A stretch of DNA of 64,000 nucleotides from an uncultured bacterium (GTDB taxonomy: Bacteria; Bacillota_I; Bacilli_A; RFN20; CAG-826), in NCBI GenBank assembly GCA_949300345.1, contig CASGDR010000008.1:149096-213095 (forward strand), read 5' to 3'. Of the stretch, positions 45,203 to 53,546 are shown in pieces (within the stretch, counting starts at the first letter, position 1; each line of letters starts with the position of its first letter). The notes under the pieces are model-generated. The model did not search any database. It saw nothing but the letters and a program-made list of their open reading frames with translations, and was not told the DNA's origin. Both the position numbers and the translations under genes were made by a program.

Positions 45203-45229
45203 TTAGCACTCGCAAGGGTAGAGTGCTAA
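45203..45229. promoter_or_regulatory. Perfect CIRCE operator TTAGCACTC-GCAAGGGTA-GAGTGCTAA upstream of clpB
   Basis: 18/18 match. On the minus strand it is followed by TTGGTTCTATAAT and a GGGAGGTGA SD. Confidence 0.9.
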
Positions 45230-45290
45230 TTTGTGATCCTTTCTAATGAAAAGGTTTTTCATAATCCCCGCAAAACCCATATCAGGCATC

Positions 45291-45317
45291 AAAAAAGCCG
45301 GAGTATCCCGGCTTTTG
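45291..45317 (-). terminator. Intrinsic terminator ending the galactan operon
   Basis: AAAAAAGCCGG-AGTATC-CCGGCTTTTG. The minus strand has a T6 run after the stem. Confidence 0.6.
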
Positions 45318-45421
45318 CGGCTTCCATAGATATGGATCTTCACATATTCAGGGAGAGTGGCCATATAGACAATGTCCAAGTCCTTGATGAGGAGCGTTCG
45401 GACATAGCCTTCAAGTTTGGA

Positions 45422-46630
45422 TCAGTGCTCGGTATTGGTTACAGCAATGGTGCCGGCCTGACCGAAGGAACCGGTGATGGTCACGGTAATGTCTCTATCG
45501 GAAACAGTGAAGGTAAAGGCGCCTTCGTCGCCATCGGAAGTGATGGTTGTGCCATTAGTGCCATCCCATGCATAGACATAGACGGTGTGCTCACCCGCTT
45601 CAAGGTCGGTGGTTATGTAGCTATAGACGTCAGTGGTTTCATCACCGATGGTGGAGCCCCACCAGTTGTTGCCATCGACCACGAACTGGGGCCATTCGGT
45701 TCCGGGTAGGCCGTCGGTGACCTCGACGGTTAGGGTAACTTGGGGATTGTCCGAAGGAACGGGTTCGGGGGGAAGGCTGCTCCAGACGCAGGTGCAAGAC
45801 AGGGTCGTGTTGGAGGTTTCGGCAGTGATGTCCCACTTCCAGCCCTGCTGTCCGGTAGTGTCGGAAGGATAATTCCAATCAATGCCTTCGCTGGAGGCCG
45901 AGAAGAAGGGGTTGACGGTAAGGGCCTTGGTACCGAGGGTCAGGCTAGGATAAGTATATTCATAGACACCCGCGGTTTCGGTCTTTTCATAAGCGCGCCC
46001 GGTGTTCGAATCGTAGTCGGCGGCATTGTCATAGGCCCAAAGATAGAGGTAATCCTCATCAATGGGATTGTTATCCTCATCCACGGCAGTGATCTGGACC
46101 GTTACGTTGGTAGCGTTCGAGCTGGAATCCGGTTGGGAAGTGAAAGTTACGGTCTGGGTATAGGCGGTCTGACCTTCGAGGACGATGAAGGAGAATTCGA
46201 TTTCCTGCCCGTCTTCATCGACCGCCGGGTTCATCCAGTTGAAGGCGTCGGCCGACTGGACATAAACCTTATAGGTAAGGTTCAGATCGACTTCGGTTTC
46301 CTCGAAGGTAACTTTATAGGTTCCTTCGTAGGTCCCTGAAGTCTGAAGTTCGGCTTTGGCATAGTACCAATCGCCTTCCTGGGTGCCTGCCACGTTCGGG
46401 CCAGCCACATAAACGGCGTTGCTATCTAAGACGGTAATGCCTTCGATGGTCACATATAGCTCAGGAATGACGGTGGGAATCTCCTCTGAGGTTTTGGAGG
46501 AAGAAGAACTGCTCGAAGAAGAACTGCTTTCGCTGCTAGAGGCAGTATCGGAGGATGAAGTGGACGTAGGTCCGCAGCCGGCTAGGACCAAGGCTGCCGG
46601 CAACAGGGACGCAAATAGTATTTTTTTCAT
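45422..46630 (-). CDS. Surface lipoprotein with a poly-Ser linker and repeated beta-rich modules (candidate glycan-binding protein)
   Basis: It has the signal and lipobox MKKILFASLLPAALVLAGC, followed by an S-rich linker. It is the last gene of the galactan operon. Confidence 0.6.
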   Translation of the reverse strand: MKKILFASLLPAALVLAGCGPTSTSSSDTASSSESSSSSSSSSSSKTSEEIPTVIPELYVTIEGITVLDSNAVYVAGPNVAGTQEGDWYYAKAELQTSGTYEGTYKVTFEETEVDLNLTYKVYVQSADAFNWMNPAVDEDGQEIEFSFIVLEGQTAYTQTVTFTSQPDSSSNATNVTVQITAVDEDNNPIDEDYLYLWAYDNAADYDSNTGRAYEKTETAGVYEYTYPSLTLGTKALTVNPFFSASSEGIDWNYPSDTTGQQGWKWDITAETSNTTLSCTCVWSSLPPEPVPSDNPQVTLTVEVTDGLPGTEWPQFVVDGNNWWGSTIGDETTDVYSYITTDLEAGEHTVYVYAWDGTNGTTITSDGDEGAFTFTVSDRDITVTITGSFGQAGTIAVTNTEH

Positions 46631-46674
46631 GTTGTTTCCTTTCTTTTTAAGTGGGTTTTGTTGGGGATATTCGA

Positions 46675-48294
46675 TTAATTTGCGATAGTTTGGTCTCCTT
46701 TCATCAAATCATAGACTGAGAGGCTGCCCAAGGCCTTTCCTTGGTAGGAGAAGAAGCCCTGGTTGGCCCAAGAGTTCTTGGAATTGGCATCGGCCCAACC
46801 GACCGGGTTCTGGATTTTCCAGGCCCCTTCCCAGTAGTAGACGCCGTATCCGTTATCCAAGTCGGCGACCGCTTTGGTGAGGTCATAAAGCATATCGGCC
46901 TGCCCTTGGATGGAAGTGTCATAACTGGATACCTTCAAGCTCTCGTTATAGATGGCACCGAGATAGGAGTCGGATTCATAGGTGAAGCCATAGGCCGTCT
47001 CGGCAGCGCAGATATTCTTGTCAGGGAAGGCATCCGCGATTTGGTTAAGGTGATATACCAAAGTCGAGTTGTTTGAGTATTGGTAGTAGCTATAGCAGGA
47101 TAGCCCGATGATGTCGTAATCGACTTCCGAGAGGCTCCTATATAGCGAGATGATGTCGCTACTGGCCGTCAATCCCCGGGCGATATGGATCATGGTGAGG
47201 ATATCCTCGTCGACGGCTTTGACCGCGGCAATGCCCTGGCTTAGGTAATTGACCAGGTTATCGCTTCCTAGGGCTCCGGAAATCGAGGACGGGGCGCTTT
47301 TGGCCTCCTCGACATAGCCGGGATTATCCCCCGTCAATTCCGAATAGTCGCTACCGGGGCTTTGAAGTAGCATGCCCGTGGTGATTTCGTTTCCGATCTG
47401 CACCGCGGTCGGCGTGGCACCGGCCTCTTTGAGGCTACTGACCACTTCGTAGGTGTAGTCATAGATCTGTTCCGCCATGTCCGAGGCCGTGGTGATATCG
47501 GCCCAAGCCTTGGGGATGACCTGTTGGCCCGGATGGGCCCAGAAGTCAGAATAATGAAGGTCGAGCAGATAGCCAAGCCCGGCACTGGTAGCCTCCTTGG
47601 CCATCCATTCCACGGCTTCGTAGTCGCAGATGCCGCCGCCATAGGTGGCGTAGCTACCGTCCTCTTCCACGACGTTGTGGTTATAGGGATCGACCCATAG
47701 GCGGAGACGGATTTCGTCTACCCCGTTATCCTTGAGTAGATAGAACAAGGACTGCTCGTTGCCGTCTTTATCGTAATAGGTTCCCCTATAGCGCGATGAG
47801 GCGGTATAGATGTGGTAGGCGCTGGATACGTCGATGCCGTTATGGATATCATCGATGCCATTTATGGCATTGACTTCGACATCATCGAACCAACCCTCGC
47901 TTTCCTCGGCTTCTTCGTGTTGGGAAGAATAGGTGCGGTTTTTGACGTTGACGTTGAAGGTAGCGACCCCGCCGTCGGGGTTGGTGACCGTGACAGCGGT
48001 GTCGGTATTTCCCTTTAGTCCTATGATGAGCCCGTCGTCGATGCGGATGGACTCGCCTTCGTACTCGAATTTGTAACCGGAATAATCCTGGCTCGGATTC
48101 TCATAGCCGTGTTCGGTGATGTAGGTCGGGCCAAAGCCTTCGGCATCGAAGTCGTAAAGCTGGCCATAGACATAGACCGAGACGTCGTCCACCTCATATG
48201 AGCCTATGGAGGATGAAATGTTGGAGGAAGTGCCCCCGGAGCATCCCGAAAGCACGAAGGCTATCGGAAGAAGCAGGACTATCGGCTTTTTCAT
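46675..48294 (-). CDS. GH53 endo-beta-1,4-galactanase lipoprotein with an N-terminal Ig-like module
   Basis: It has the lipobox FVLSGC, then HYSDFWAHPGQQVIPKAW, VQIGNEITTGM and AAETAYGF. Confidence 0.85.
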   Translation of the reverse strand: MKKPIVLLLPIAFVLSGCSGGTSSNISSSIGSYEVDDVSVYVYGQLYDFDAEGFGPTYITEHGYENPSQDYSGYKFEYEGESIRIDDGLIIGLKGNTDTAVTVTNPDGGVATFNVNVKNRTYSSQHEEAEESEGWFDDVEVNAINGIDDIHNGIDVSSAYHIYTASSRYRGTYYDKDGNEQSLFYLLKDNGVDEIRLRLWVDPYNHNVVEEDGSYATYGGGICDYEAVEWMAKEATSAGLGYLLDLHYSDFWAHPGQQVIPKAWADITTASDMAEQIYDYTYEVVSSLKEAGATPTAVQIGNEITTGMLLQSPGSDYSELTGDNPGYVEEAKSAPSSISGALGSDNLVNYLSQGIAAVKAVDEDILTMIHIARGLTASSDIISLYRSLSEVDYDIIGLSCYSYYQYSNNSTLVYHLNQIADAFPDKNICAAETAYGFTYESDSYLGAIYNESLKVSSYDTSIQGQADMLYDLTKAVADLDNGYGVYYWEGAWKIQNPVGWADANSKNSWANQGFFSYQGKALGSLSVYDLMKGDQTIAN

Positions 48295-48297
48295 CTT

Positions 48298-49167
48298 TTA
48301 CCCCTTTACCGCACCGGCGGAGATACCGGCAACGAAGTAGCGCTGCAGGGCAATGTAGATGCCGACGATGGGTACGGCGACGATGACCGAGCCGGCGCAG
48401 AAGATGGTGAAGAAGTCGTTGATGTAGTTGTCGGTCATCAGGTTGTATAGACCCACGGCGACGGTCTTGTTCTCATTGGAAGTGAGCAAGATGCCGGCGA
48501 GGATATAGTCGGCCCAGGGGCCCATGAAAGCCATGAGGGCGGTATAAATGACGACCGGTTTGGCTAGCGGCAAGTAAATCTGGAAGAAGAGCCTGGCGCT
48601 GGAAGCCCCGTCGAGCTTGGCGGCTTCGTCGATGTCATTGGAGATGGTATCGAAGTAGCCCTTGGTGGTGAAGAAGCCCATTCCGGCCCCGCATACGTAA
48701 TAGAGCAATAAGGCCCAGATGGAGTTGACCATGCCAAGCATGTTGAGGATGAGGTAGACGGCGACCATGGCCATGAAGCCCGGGAACATGCCAAGGATCA
48801 TGGAAATGTTCATCAATAGCTTGCGGCCCTTGAACCTGAACCTCGATAGCACGAAGGCGGTAAGAACGGTCACGAAGGTGACCAGCACCGTGTTGCATAA
48901 AGATAGCACCAGGGTGTTCACATACCAGCTGCCGAATGCCAATACGCGGGTCGATTTGAAGAGCTCGGAGTAGTTTTCGGTAGTCCAGGAGGTCGGGAAG
49001 ATGGAGCCGGAGAGCTTATAGCCGCTTTGGCCCGAGAAGCTCGACATGATGACATAGGCCACCGGGATGAGCCAGATGATGACCAGGATGAAAGCCAGAA
49101 GGTTGCTCCAGATCTTATCGAAGATGGCTAGCCCTTTCTTGGACTGCTTTCTTTTTGCCTTTTCCAT
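48298..49167 (-). CDS. Carbohydrate ABC transporter permease (MalG/GanQ-like)
   Basis: It has 6 TM helices and the EAA-type loop IDEAAKLDGASSARLFFQIYLPLAKP. Confidence 0.85.
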   Translation of the reverse strand: MEKAKRKQSKKGLAIFDKIWSNLLAFILVIIWLIPVAYVIMSSFSGQSGYKLSGSIFPTSWTTENYSELFKSTRVLAFGSWYVNTLVLSLCNTVLVTFVTVLTAFVLSRFRFKGRKLLMNISMILGMFPGFMAMVAVYLILNMLGMVNSIWALLLYYVCGAGMGFFTTKGYFDTISNDIDEAAKLDGASSARLFFQIYLPLAKPVVIYTALMAFMGPWADYILAGILLTSNENKTVAVGLYNLMTDNYINDFFTIFCAGSVIVAVPIVGIYIALQRYFVAGISAGAVKG

Positions 49168-50936
49168 TAGCGGTATTCCTCCTCGGCGTTATAGGCCTTG
49201 GACCTTGTGAAGACGATCAGGGAGATGGAGGCCGAAAGGATGAACATGATGATGCCGATGGCGGCAGCCAGGTTGTAATCGCTTTGTCCTCCGGACTGGA
49301 AGGTCAGCTTGTAGAGCCAGGTAATCAGGATATCGGTAGAACCGGCGGTGCCCGAGATGGCGATGGGGCTGCCGCCTCCGGTCAAAAACCAGATGACGTT
49401 GAAGTTATTGATGTTGCTTACGAAGCTGGTGATGAGCACTGGGGTGGTCATGTAGAACACCTGCGGGAAAGTGATGGAGCGGAACTTCACCCAACGGGAA
49501 GCACCCTCGATATCCGCAGCTTCATAGAGGTCTTGCGGGATATTCAATAGCAAGCCCGACATCAACAGCATGTAGTAAGGCACGCCGACCCACATGTTGA
49601 CCATGATGATCAGGAATTTGCCCCAGAAGGCATCGTCCCAAAAATCGATGGAATCGCGCATGTCGGTGATGATACCTAGCTGATAGAGGATGGTGTTGAC
49701 CATGCCCCCGTCATCGAACATGGTGCGGACCACCAAGAGGGAGACGAATTGGGGCAAGGCCATGGCGATGACGAACAAGGAGCGGTAGACGACCTTGCCC
49801 ATGATGGCCTTCTTGTTGAGCAGCATAGCTAGGAACATGCCGCCGAAGTAGCAGGTGAAGGTGGCAAAGAATGCCCATAGCATCGTCCATCCGAAGACGG
49901 AGAGCATGTCCATCAAGGTGTCGGGCCGCTGGAAGAGGCGCCCGAAGGTGGTAAAGCCGTTCCAGACGATCTCGTGGGTCTCAACAGAGTTGAAGTAACC
50001 ATCAACCTTCCTAAGCGAATAGTTGGTGAAGGCGGTCAGAATCATGTAGGTGATAGGCACCACGGTGAAGATGAGGGCGCCTAGGATCGGAATGATGAGA
50101 CCGACCACGTAGAACTTCTCATTGATGAGCGAATCGCATTCGTCAAGGAAGGTTTCGCGGCGGGCTTTGATATCTTCCTTCACCCAGTGGAGAACCGAAC
50201 CGAGATGGGAGAAATAGAAGCCGACCAGGGCGATGATGCCTAGGGCAGCCAAGATGCCATAGACGAAGACGCCGTTGTTGTTGACCCCAAGCTGGCATAG
50301 ACCGATGAAATCGACGATGCCGGAGACGGAGAGATAGACGATGAGCCCGGCTTCGACGGCCAGATAGACGATGCCTTTGATGAACTGCTGATAGAACATC
50401 TGGGGAACGCCCATCACGAAGAAGCCGAGGATGAGCATCGTACGGCCCTTCTTGTTGGTCTTGAAGTAGGCATCGTTGAACTCGACCCAGTAGCGTTGGA
50501 TCTTGTTCTTCAGGGCAAGAATGCCGCCATAGCAGAGGCTATAGAAGCGGTATTTCTTTTCCCTACTGTAGCGGCGGACCTCTTTTAGGGTCGCATCGTA
50601 GTTGCTGATATAGAGGAAATAGAACCCAATGACCAGCGCCAGATAGAAGATGACGATGGTCAGCCAGTCAAGGCTGACGGCTCCGCTGCCCTGCTGTATC
50701 CCGACATAGACGGCCAGGAATACGACGAGGCCAGATGCGACCAGGGAGACGATTCCCTTTTCGTAGGCCCCCATGATGGCGGTGCCCACGCCGGGCAAGA
50801 AGAGCTCTAGTATAAGAGCGATCTTGCCCAGGAGGTTGGCTTCCTTGAAGGCACCGGGAAAGGCCTTGAAGCGGAGCAGCCACTTCTCAAGGCGGCTAGC
50901 CGATTGGGCGCTATATTTGTATAGCGATTTTCCCAT
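49167..50936 (-). CDS. Carbohydrate ABC transporter permease (MalF/GanP-like) with a ~270-aa multi-TM N-terminal extension
   Basis: It has the EAA loop YEAADIEGASRWVKFRSITFPQ. About 6-7 extra hydrophobic helices precede the canonical core. Confidence 0.8.
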   Translation of the reverse strand: MGKSLYKYSAQSASRLEKWLLRFKAFPGAFKEANLLGKIALILELFLPGVGTAIMGAYEKGIVSLVASGLVVFLAVYVGIQQGSGAVSLDWLTIVIFYLALVIGFYFLYISNYDATLKEVRRYSREKKYRFYSLCYGGILALKNKIQRYWVEFNDAYFKTNKKGRTMLILGFFVMGVPQMFYQQFIKGIVYLAVEAGLIVYLSVSGIVDFIGLCQLGVNNNGVFVYGILAALGIIALVGFYFSHLGSVLHWVKEDIKARRETFLDECDSLINEKFYVVGLIIPILGALIFTVVPITYMILTAFTNYSLRKVDGYFNSVETHEIVWNGFTTFGRLFQRPDTLMDMLSVFGWTMLWAFFATFTCYFGGMFLAMLLNKKAIMGKVVYRSLFVIAMALPQFVSLLVVRTMFDDGGMVNTILYQLGIITDMRDSIDFWDDAFWGKFLIIMVNMWVGVPYYMLLMSGLLLNIPQDLYEAADIEGASRWVKFRSITFPQVFYMTTPVLITSFVSNINNFNVIWFLTGGGSPIAISGTAGSTDILITWLYKLTFQSGGQSDYNLAAAIGIIMFILSASISLIVFTRSKAYNAEEEYR

Positions 50937-50947
50937 CGGTCTCTCCT

Positions 50948-52165
50948 TTAGCCATTAAGAATGGCGGTTTCGACTTCCTCCAACCCGCTCCTGACGGTGT
51001 CTTCGGTCGGATTGGATTCGTTCCAGATGGCCTTGCAGAAGTTGATCATCGGAGTCCAGTAGTAACCCATTTGGGGAAGCGAGGGCATGGCGATGGAGTT
51101 GTCATAGGAGGCCTGGTAGACCTCGGCGAGTTCGTTCTCGGCCAAGACTTCGAGGATGTCCCCGTCATAACGGGTGGGCAGGTAGTTCATTTCATAGAGC
51201 CTATCGGCCTGGACGTCGCTGGAAGTCAGATACTGGGCGATGTCATTGGCGATCGAAGGATACTTGGAGTACTTGGAGATGACGTATTGCTTGTAGCCCG
51301 ATAGCGGACGCAGGGTGTTCCCGTCGATGGTGGGAAGCACGTGCATGCCGACATTGCCCTCGCCAAGGGCATTTTCGAGCTGGCTATACAAGAAGGGGGT
51401 GGTGACCGCGCCTACGGCAGAGCCGCCTTCGATGTAGTTGACGGCATCGACCGGGTTGGCGGGATAGATGGCATCCTTGTAGTTTTTGAGCAGGCTGGTG
51501 TAGTTGGCCACGCCTTCAGCGCCGGTAAGGGAGAGGTCCTTGGGATCGGTCCCGTCATCGCCGAAGAGGACGGCATCGGTCAGGAAGGCGAACATGTAGT
51601 AGGCCGAATCCTTGTCGTTGGTGTCCCAGCAAAGAAGTTTGTCCGAAGCCAGGAGGCTTTCGAAGCTATCGAAGATGGAAGGATCGCTGACCTGGGTCTT
51701 GTCATACATGATGACGTGGGACTCGGAAGTGATCGGATAGGCATAGACGGTGCCGTTGATGGTGGCGGCCGAGGCAGCTTTCTCATCGAAGACATATTCG
51801 ACTTCGGCAGCGTGGGTAATCGGGGCCAAGAGGTCGGCGTTCACACCGGTGGAAAGGGTGTCGGAGGTGATGGCCAATAGATCAGGGCCGTTTCCGCTTT
51901 CGCCAACGGTCAATAGATCGGAGATGGCCGCGGCTTCGCCCTGTTCTTCATAGGTAATATTGATTTCGGGAGCGTCGGGGTATTGCTGTTTGAAGTTGCC
52001 GAGCCAGACATTCATCTTTTCTTCGATGAAGTCGAGGTTGGTAGCATCGTCCCAGATCAGAATGTCGATGCTACTTGAGCCGTCGGAGCCTCCTCCGCTA
52101 CATCCGGCAAGGATGGGGGCTGCCACGAGCAATGGCAGCATGATTTTCATGATGGATGATTTCAT
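50948..52165 (-). CDS. Sugar ABC transporter substrate-binding lipoprotein (GanS/CycB-like)
   Basis: The start was set at MKSSIMKIMLPLLVAAPILAGC (ATG 52165, AGGAGG 9 nt upstream). The longer ORF call overlaps the GH53 gene. Confidence 0.8.
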   Translation of the reverse strand: MKSSIMKIMLPLLVAAPILAGCSGGGSDGSSSIDILIWDDATNLDFIEEKMNVWLGNFKQQYPDAPEINITYEEQGEAAAISDLLTVGESGNGPDLLAITSDTLSTGVNADLLAPITHAAEVEYVFDEKAASAATINGTVYAYPITSESHVIMYDKTQVSDPSIFDSFESLLASDKLLCWDTNDKDSAYYMFAFLTDAVLFGDDGTDPKDLSLTGAEGVANYTSLLKNYKDAIYPANPVDAVNYIEGGSAVGAVTTPFLYSQLENALGEGNVGMHVLPTIDGNTLRPLSGYKQYVISKYSKYPSIANDIAQYLTSSDVQADRLYEMNYLPTRYDGDILEVLAENELAEVYQASYDNSIAMPSLPQMGYYWTPMINFCKAIWNESNPTEDTVRSGLEEVETAILNG

Positions 52166-52185
52166 TTTCTTCTTCCTCCTTTCCA

Positions 52186-53289
52186 TCAGTCTTTGTAGAT
52201 GTGGAAGGCGGGGGTAGCCTCGCCGCCATAATCGAAGAGATTCTGGTTGGCCCACTCGTTGCGCGGGTCTTTGATGGTGGTGCAGCCCATGTATTCCTGG
52301 GCTCTTATTGAGGCCCAGCCGCATCCCTTCACGGGGATGAAGGCCGGTTCCCAATAGAAGATGGCGCCGACGTTGGCCGCTTTGGCCTCGCGGATGAATT
52401 TCTCGAAGAAGGAGAACTGCCCGTCTTTGGTAAGCGGGAAGGGAAGGGGTTCGTTGAGGCGGTCGAGGTTGCCGGATTCGACGACGAGCTGGCCTTCTTC
52501 TCCGGTTAGGTAGTCGCGGTCGGTGAAGGCGTATGAGACTTCGACAATCCAGACGTCCTTATGGTATTTCCCCTGCAAAACCCCGACATTGTAGAAGAAG
52601 TTGGGCATCGAGCCGTGCCAGTAGGGATAGTAGGAGAGCCCGATGATGTCGAAGTCGATGTCGGTAGCGGTCACGTGGTCGAGCCAATCGGTGAGGACCA
52701 ATAGCCTTCCGGCGTTTTCCAGGTGCAGGATGACCTTGGCCTTGGGGTAGACTTCGCGGACGGCCTTGATGCCGGCTTTTAGTAAGGGCACCAATTTGTC
52801 ATATCCGGTCTTCTCCCCGGGTTCGCCCACCAAGCGGCCGTAAGGCCAGCACATGCCGTTGGTGATTTCGTTTCCCACCTGTACGGCTGAGACATCGATA
52901 TCCTCTTTCTTTAGCAGCAAGAGGGTGTCCTTGGTGAAGGAATAGATGTGTTCCTGAAGTTCTTCGTAGGTGTCGTTCTTCCAGGCTTTGGGCAAGGTCT
53001 GCTTGCCCGGATCGGCCCAGAAGTCCGAATAATGGAAGTCCGGGAGCACCGACATGCCTTTGACCTTGGCAAGCTTGGCGGATTCGAGCAGGCATTTTAC
53101 GTCGCAGGTACCGGCTTCGTAGGGCTTGCCCTCCTCGTCATAGGGGTCGTTCCAGATGCGGATGCGAACCATCTTGCAGCCGTTGGAGGCAAAGGCGCTA
53201 TAGGGGTCGGTAGGAACCCCGTTGAGGCTCCATTTTCCCCCGAGGCGCTTGAGCTCGAAGTAACTGGATAGGTCGGCTCCGAGGATCAT
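52186..53289 (-). CDS. GH53 family enzyme without a signal peptide (predicted cytoplasmic)
   Basis: It has HYSDFWADPGKQTLPKAW, VQVGNEITNGM and WIVEVSYAF. The N-terminus MILGADLSSYFE has no hydrophobic leader. Confidence 0.85.
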   Translation of the reverse strand: MILGADLSSYFELKRLGGKWSLNGVPTDPYSAFASNGCKMVRIRIWNDPYDEEGKPYEAGTCDVKCLLESAKLAKVKGMSVLPDFHYSDFWADPGKQTLPKAWKNDTYEELQEHIYSFTKDTLLLLKKEDIDVSAVQVGNEITNGMCWPYGRLVGEPGEKTGYDKLVPLLKAGIKAVREVYPKAKVILHLENAGRLLVLTDWLDHVTATDIDFDIIGLSYYPYWHGSMPNFFYNVGVLQGKYHKDVWIVEVSYAFTDRDYLTGEEGQLVVESGNLDRLNEPLPFPLTKDGQFSFFEKFIREAKAANVGAIFYWEPAFIPVKGCGWASIRAQEYMGCTTIKDPRNEWANQNLFDYGGEATPAFHIYKD

Positions 53290-53546
53290 AGCTCCCCTTT
53301 CTTATGGTCCTTCATGTGGACAGGTTCGTTGTCCTCACCGAAGTCGACCACCCTCTTTTTGAGGAATTTGTAGCGGAACTTGTTTTGGTTGTTGAGGCGT
53401 TCGACCTCTTCTTCGCTTCCGTGATAGCAGCAGCGGAGGCAGTAGTACTCCTTCTTGTCCGCGTCATAGAACATGTCGATGTCGATGTCGCGGATGAAGC
53501 AGCTGGGGCAACGGTAATTCAGTTTGCCTTTCTTAGACTGAGCCAT
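53286..53546 (-). CDS. Small zinc-ribbon protein (86 aa)
   Basis: It has CPSC...CLRC. It overlaps both neighbours (28 nt and 4 nt) inside the operon. Confidence 0.5.
   Translation of the reverse strand: MAQSKKGKLNYRCPSCFIRDIDIDMFYDADKKEYYCLRCCYHGSEEEVERLNNQNKFRYKFLKKRVVDFGEDNEPVHMKDHKKGEL

Noticed and set aside
52166-52354. N-terminal extensions in several ORF-track calls: SBP 52166-52354, hsp20 37021-37074, yitT-like 2142-2225, secA 5743-5775, comFC 6733-6810, 4-TM-C 38137-38154
   Set aside because: The extensions overlap upstream genes or regulatory elements (CIRCE) and encode R/P/W-rich junk. Downstream ATGs have proper SDs and give canonical N-termini or signal peptides.
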